A stretch of DNA of 64,000 nt, taken from the NCBI GenBank assembly GCA_963748265.1, contig CAVVIG010000009.1, forward strand, positions 72,374 through 136,373. The letters are read 5' to 3'. The DNA is from an uncultured Acidobacteriota bacterium. GTDB lineage: Bacteria; Acidobacteriota; Vicinamibacteria; Vicinamibacterales; CAVVIG01. This document shows positions 62,739 to 64,000 of the stretch, piece by piece. The stretch's first letter is position 1. Every line of letters starts with the position of its first letter. Under the pieces are notes generated by a model, which saw only the letters and a program-made list of their open reading frames with translations, made no database searches and was not told the DNA's origin. The position numbers and the translations under genes were made by a program.

Positions 62739-64000
62739 TCATACTCCGAATTCTTCAGCGTTCCAGGTCAGGCCGAGCTCGCCTGGCGGCGCCATGTAGC
62801 CGATGAGCGCCGAGGCGGCCACGACAGCGGGGCTCGCGAGATAGCCCTCGCCGCCGACGCCCATCCGGTTCTGCCAGTTGCGGTTGAACGAGGTGATCGC
62901 CCGCTGGCCCTTCTCGAGCGCGTCGGGTCCCTGGCCGAAGCAGGGCCCGCACCACGATTGGCGGATCTGACCGCCGATCGAGCGGAACACCTCGGCAATC
63001 GACTCGCCTCCAAGCCGCGCGTCCGGCCGCTCGATCTGCCGGGCCACGCCGCCAGAACCCGGAAACACCACGAACGCCGTCGCCGCCTGCGAGATGCCGC
63101 GCGCGCGCGCCGCACGCACGACCAGCGCGGCGGACAGCAGATCGTCGTAGCTCCCGTTGGTGCAGGATCCGATGAGCGCCTTGTCGAACGTCATGCGCTC
63201 CCGCGCCACTTCTTCGGCGGCGAACGCATTGCCGGGGCTGAAGGGCTTCGCAATCATCGGCACGACCTCCGTCAGCGCGATCGTCTCGTCGATCTCGTAC
63301 ACCGCATCGGACCCCGGCGAAAAGTGGTGGTACGGCAGATCGGTGATGCCCTTGGCCCGGTACCAGGCGTAGGTCATCTCGTCTGGCGCGAAGATGCCGT
63401 TGAGGGATTCGGCTTCCGCCATCATGTTGGCGATCGTGTTGCGATACGCTACCGGCAACTGACGGTTTGCGTCCACGAGCTCCACCGACATCCCCTGTGA
63501 CTGCTGGGCGCCCCAGCGCCGCAGCAGCTCCAGCACGATGTCCTTGCCGCTCACCCACGGCTGCAGGGCGCCCGCGAACACAACCCGTCTCGCCCTCGGC
63601 AGCGTGAAGTAGATGTACCCCGTCGCCCACCCGAACCCCAGCGTTGTCGATCCGACGCCCATTCCGACGGCGCCGTACGCGCCGTAGGCCCGGCTGTGCG
63701 AGTCGGCGCCTGGAATGAACTGTCCCGGCATCACCAGACCCTGCTCGGGAAAATAGAAATGGAAGATACCGTCCCCCGGCGTCGCGTAGTACGGCTTCTC
63801 GAGACCATGGAGGCGCGCGAATGCGCGTCCAATGTTCGTCTGGCGTTCGTCGTCTTCCCGCCCCGTGAAGACGAAGTGATCGTTCGCGATCGCCGCCTGG
63901 CGGGGAAGGATCGTGCCGGCCGCCCGTTATCTGGTTGAACGTGTGGATGGCAAACGGCGCGGTTCCGTCGGAGGCAGGCAGGAGATCGGCGTAGACCCGC
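62739..64000 (-). CDS. Aconitase-family (3-isopropylmalate dehydratase/homoaconitase large-subunit-like) protein; N-terminus off the right edge
   Basis: ORF 62739-63734: 'IPGADSHSRAYGAYGAVGMGVGST', 'GKDIVLELL', 'ALIGSCTNGSYDDL', 'SWCGPCFGQGPD', 'SFNRNWQNRMG'. Family-like sequence continues upstream of 63734 to the window end in shifted frames. Confidence 0.8.

Overview
GC-rich (by eye about two-thirds G+C) bacterial chromosomal segment with about 60 protein-coding genes. I recognise no rRNA, tRNA, CRISPR array, transposase or integrase. The gene content suggests an Acidobacteriota-like organism (inference only): a VWFA-related 'acidobacterial-type' VWA protein, PEGA/NHL/BON/FxLYD envelope proteins, and alternative complex III joined to a caa3-type oxidase. 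Layout, left to right: TonB-dependent receptor and Ku (1-3.3 kb); DUF3500; a translationally coupled minus-strand operon DUF2520-panC-panB-S58 peptidase-tartrate-dehydrogenase-like (4.7-9.2 kb); M28 peptidase plus class III aminotransferase; SixA-like phosphatase and bactofilin; a ferredoxin-VOC-halogenase-like flavoprotein-MBOAT cassette (14.6-19.0 kb); S9 peptidase; a 12.6-kb respiratory array actABCDEF-small ORF-sco1-coxB-ctaD-ctaE-coxIV (21.8-34.5 kb); two tandem NHL propellers and a pseudo-receiver/PEGA protein with an internal triple repeat; a signal-peptide methyltransferase; a MoxR-DUF58-BatD-like-VWA-x-VWA (Bat-like) operon (40.0-46.2 kb); serine hydrolase, unknown secreted protein, duplicated 4-TM proteins, c-type cytochrome and inositol-phosphate synthase; hyi-glxR; TonB; VWA; ZIP and ferritin-like/VIT1 metal transporters; BON; two hydrolases; 2Fe-2S ferredoxin, TrxC, and an aconitase-family gene running off the right edge. 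Major caveat: more than half of the genes are interrupted by single-base frame changes where the conserved peptide simply continues in another frame. Coordinates of those genes are therefore stitched by eye, and the breaks look like consensus indel errors rather than gene decay. Best leads for novelty: (i) a ~160-nt repeat present twice in inverted orientation (46.4 and 52.6 kb), each copy co-oriented with and upstream of an operon; (ii) the ferredoxin-VOC-halogenase-like-MBOAT cassette; (iii) the pseudo-receiver/triple-repeat/PEGA protein with its NHL partners; (iv) intergenic hairpins built from reiterated 6-8-nt words, one sitting inside the oxidase operon; (v) an S58 beta-aminopeptidase-type gene welded into the pantothenate operon.
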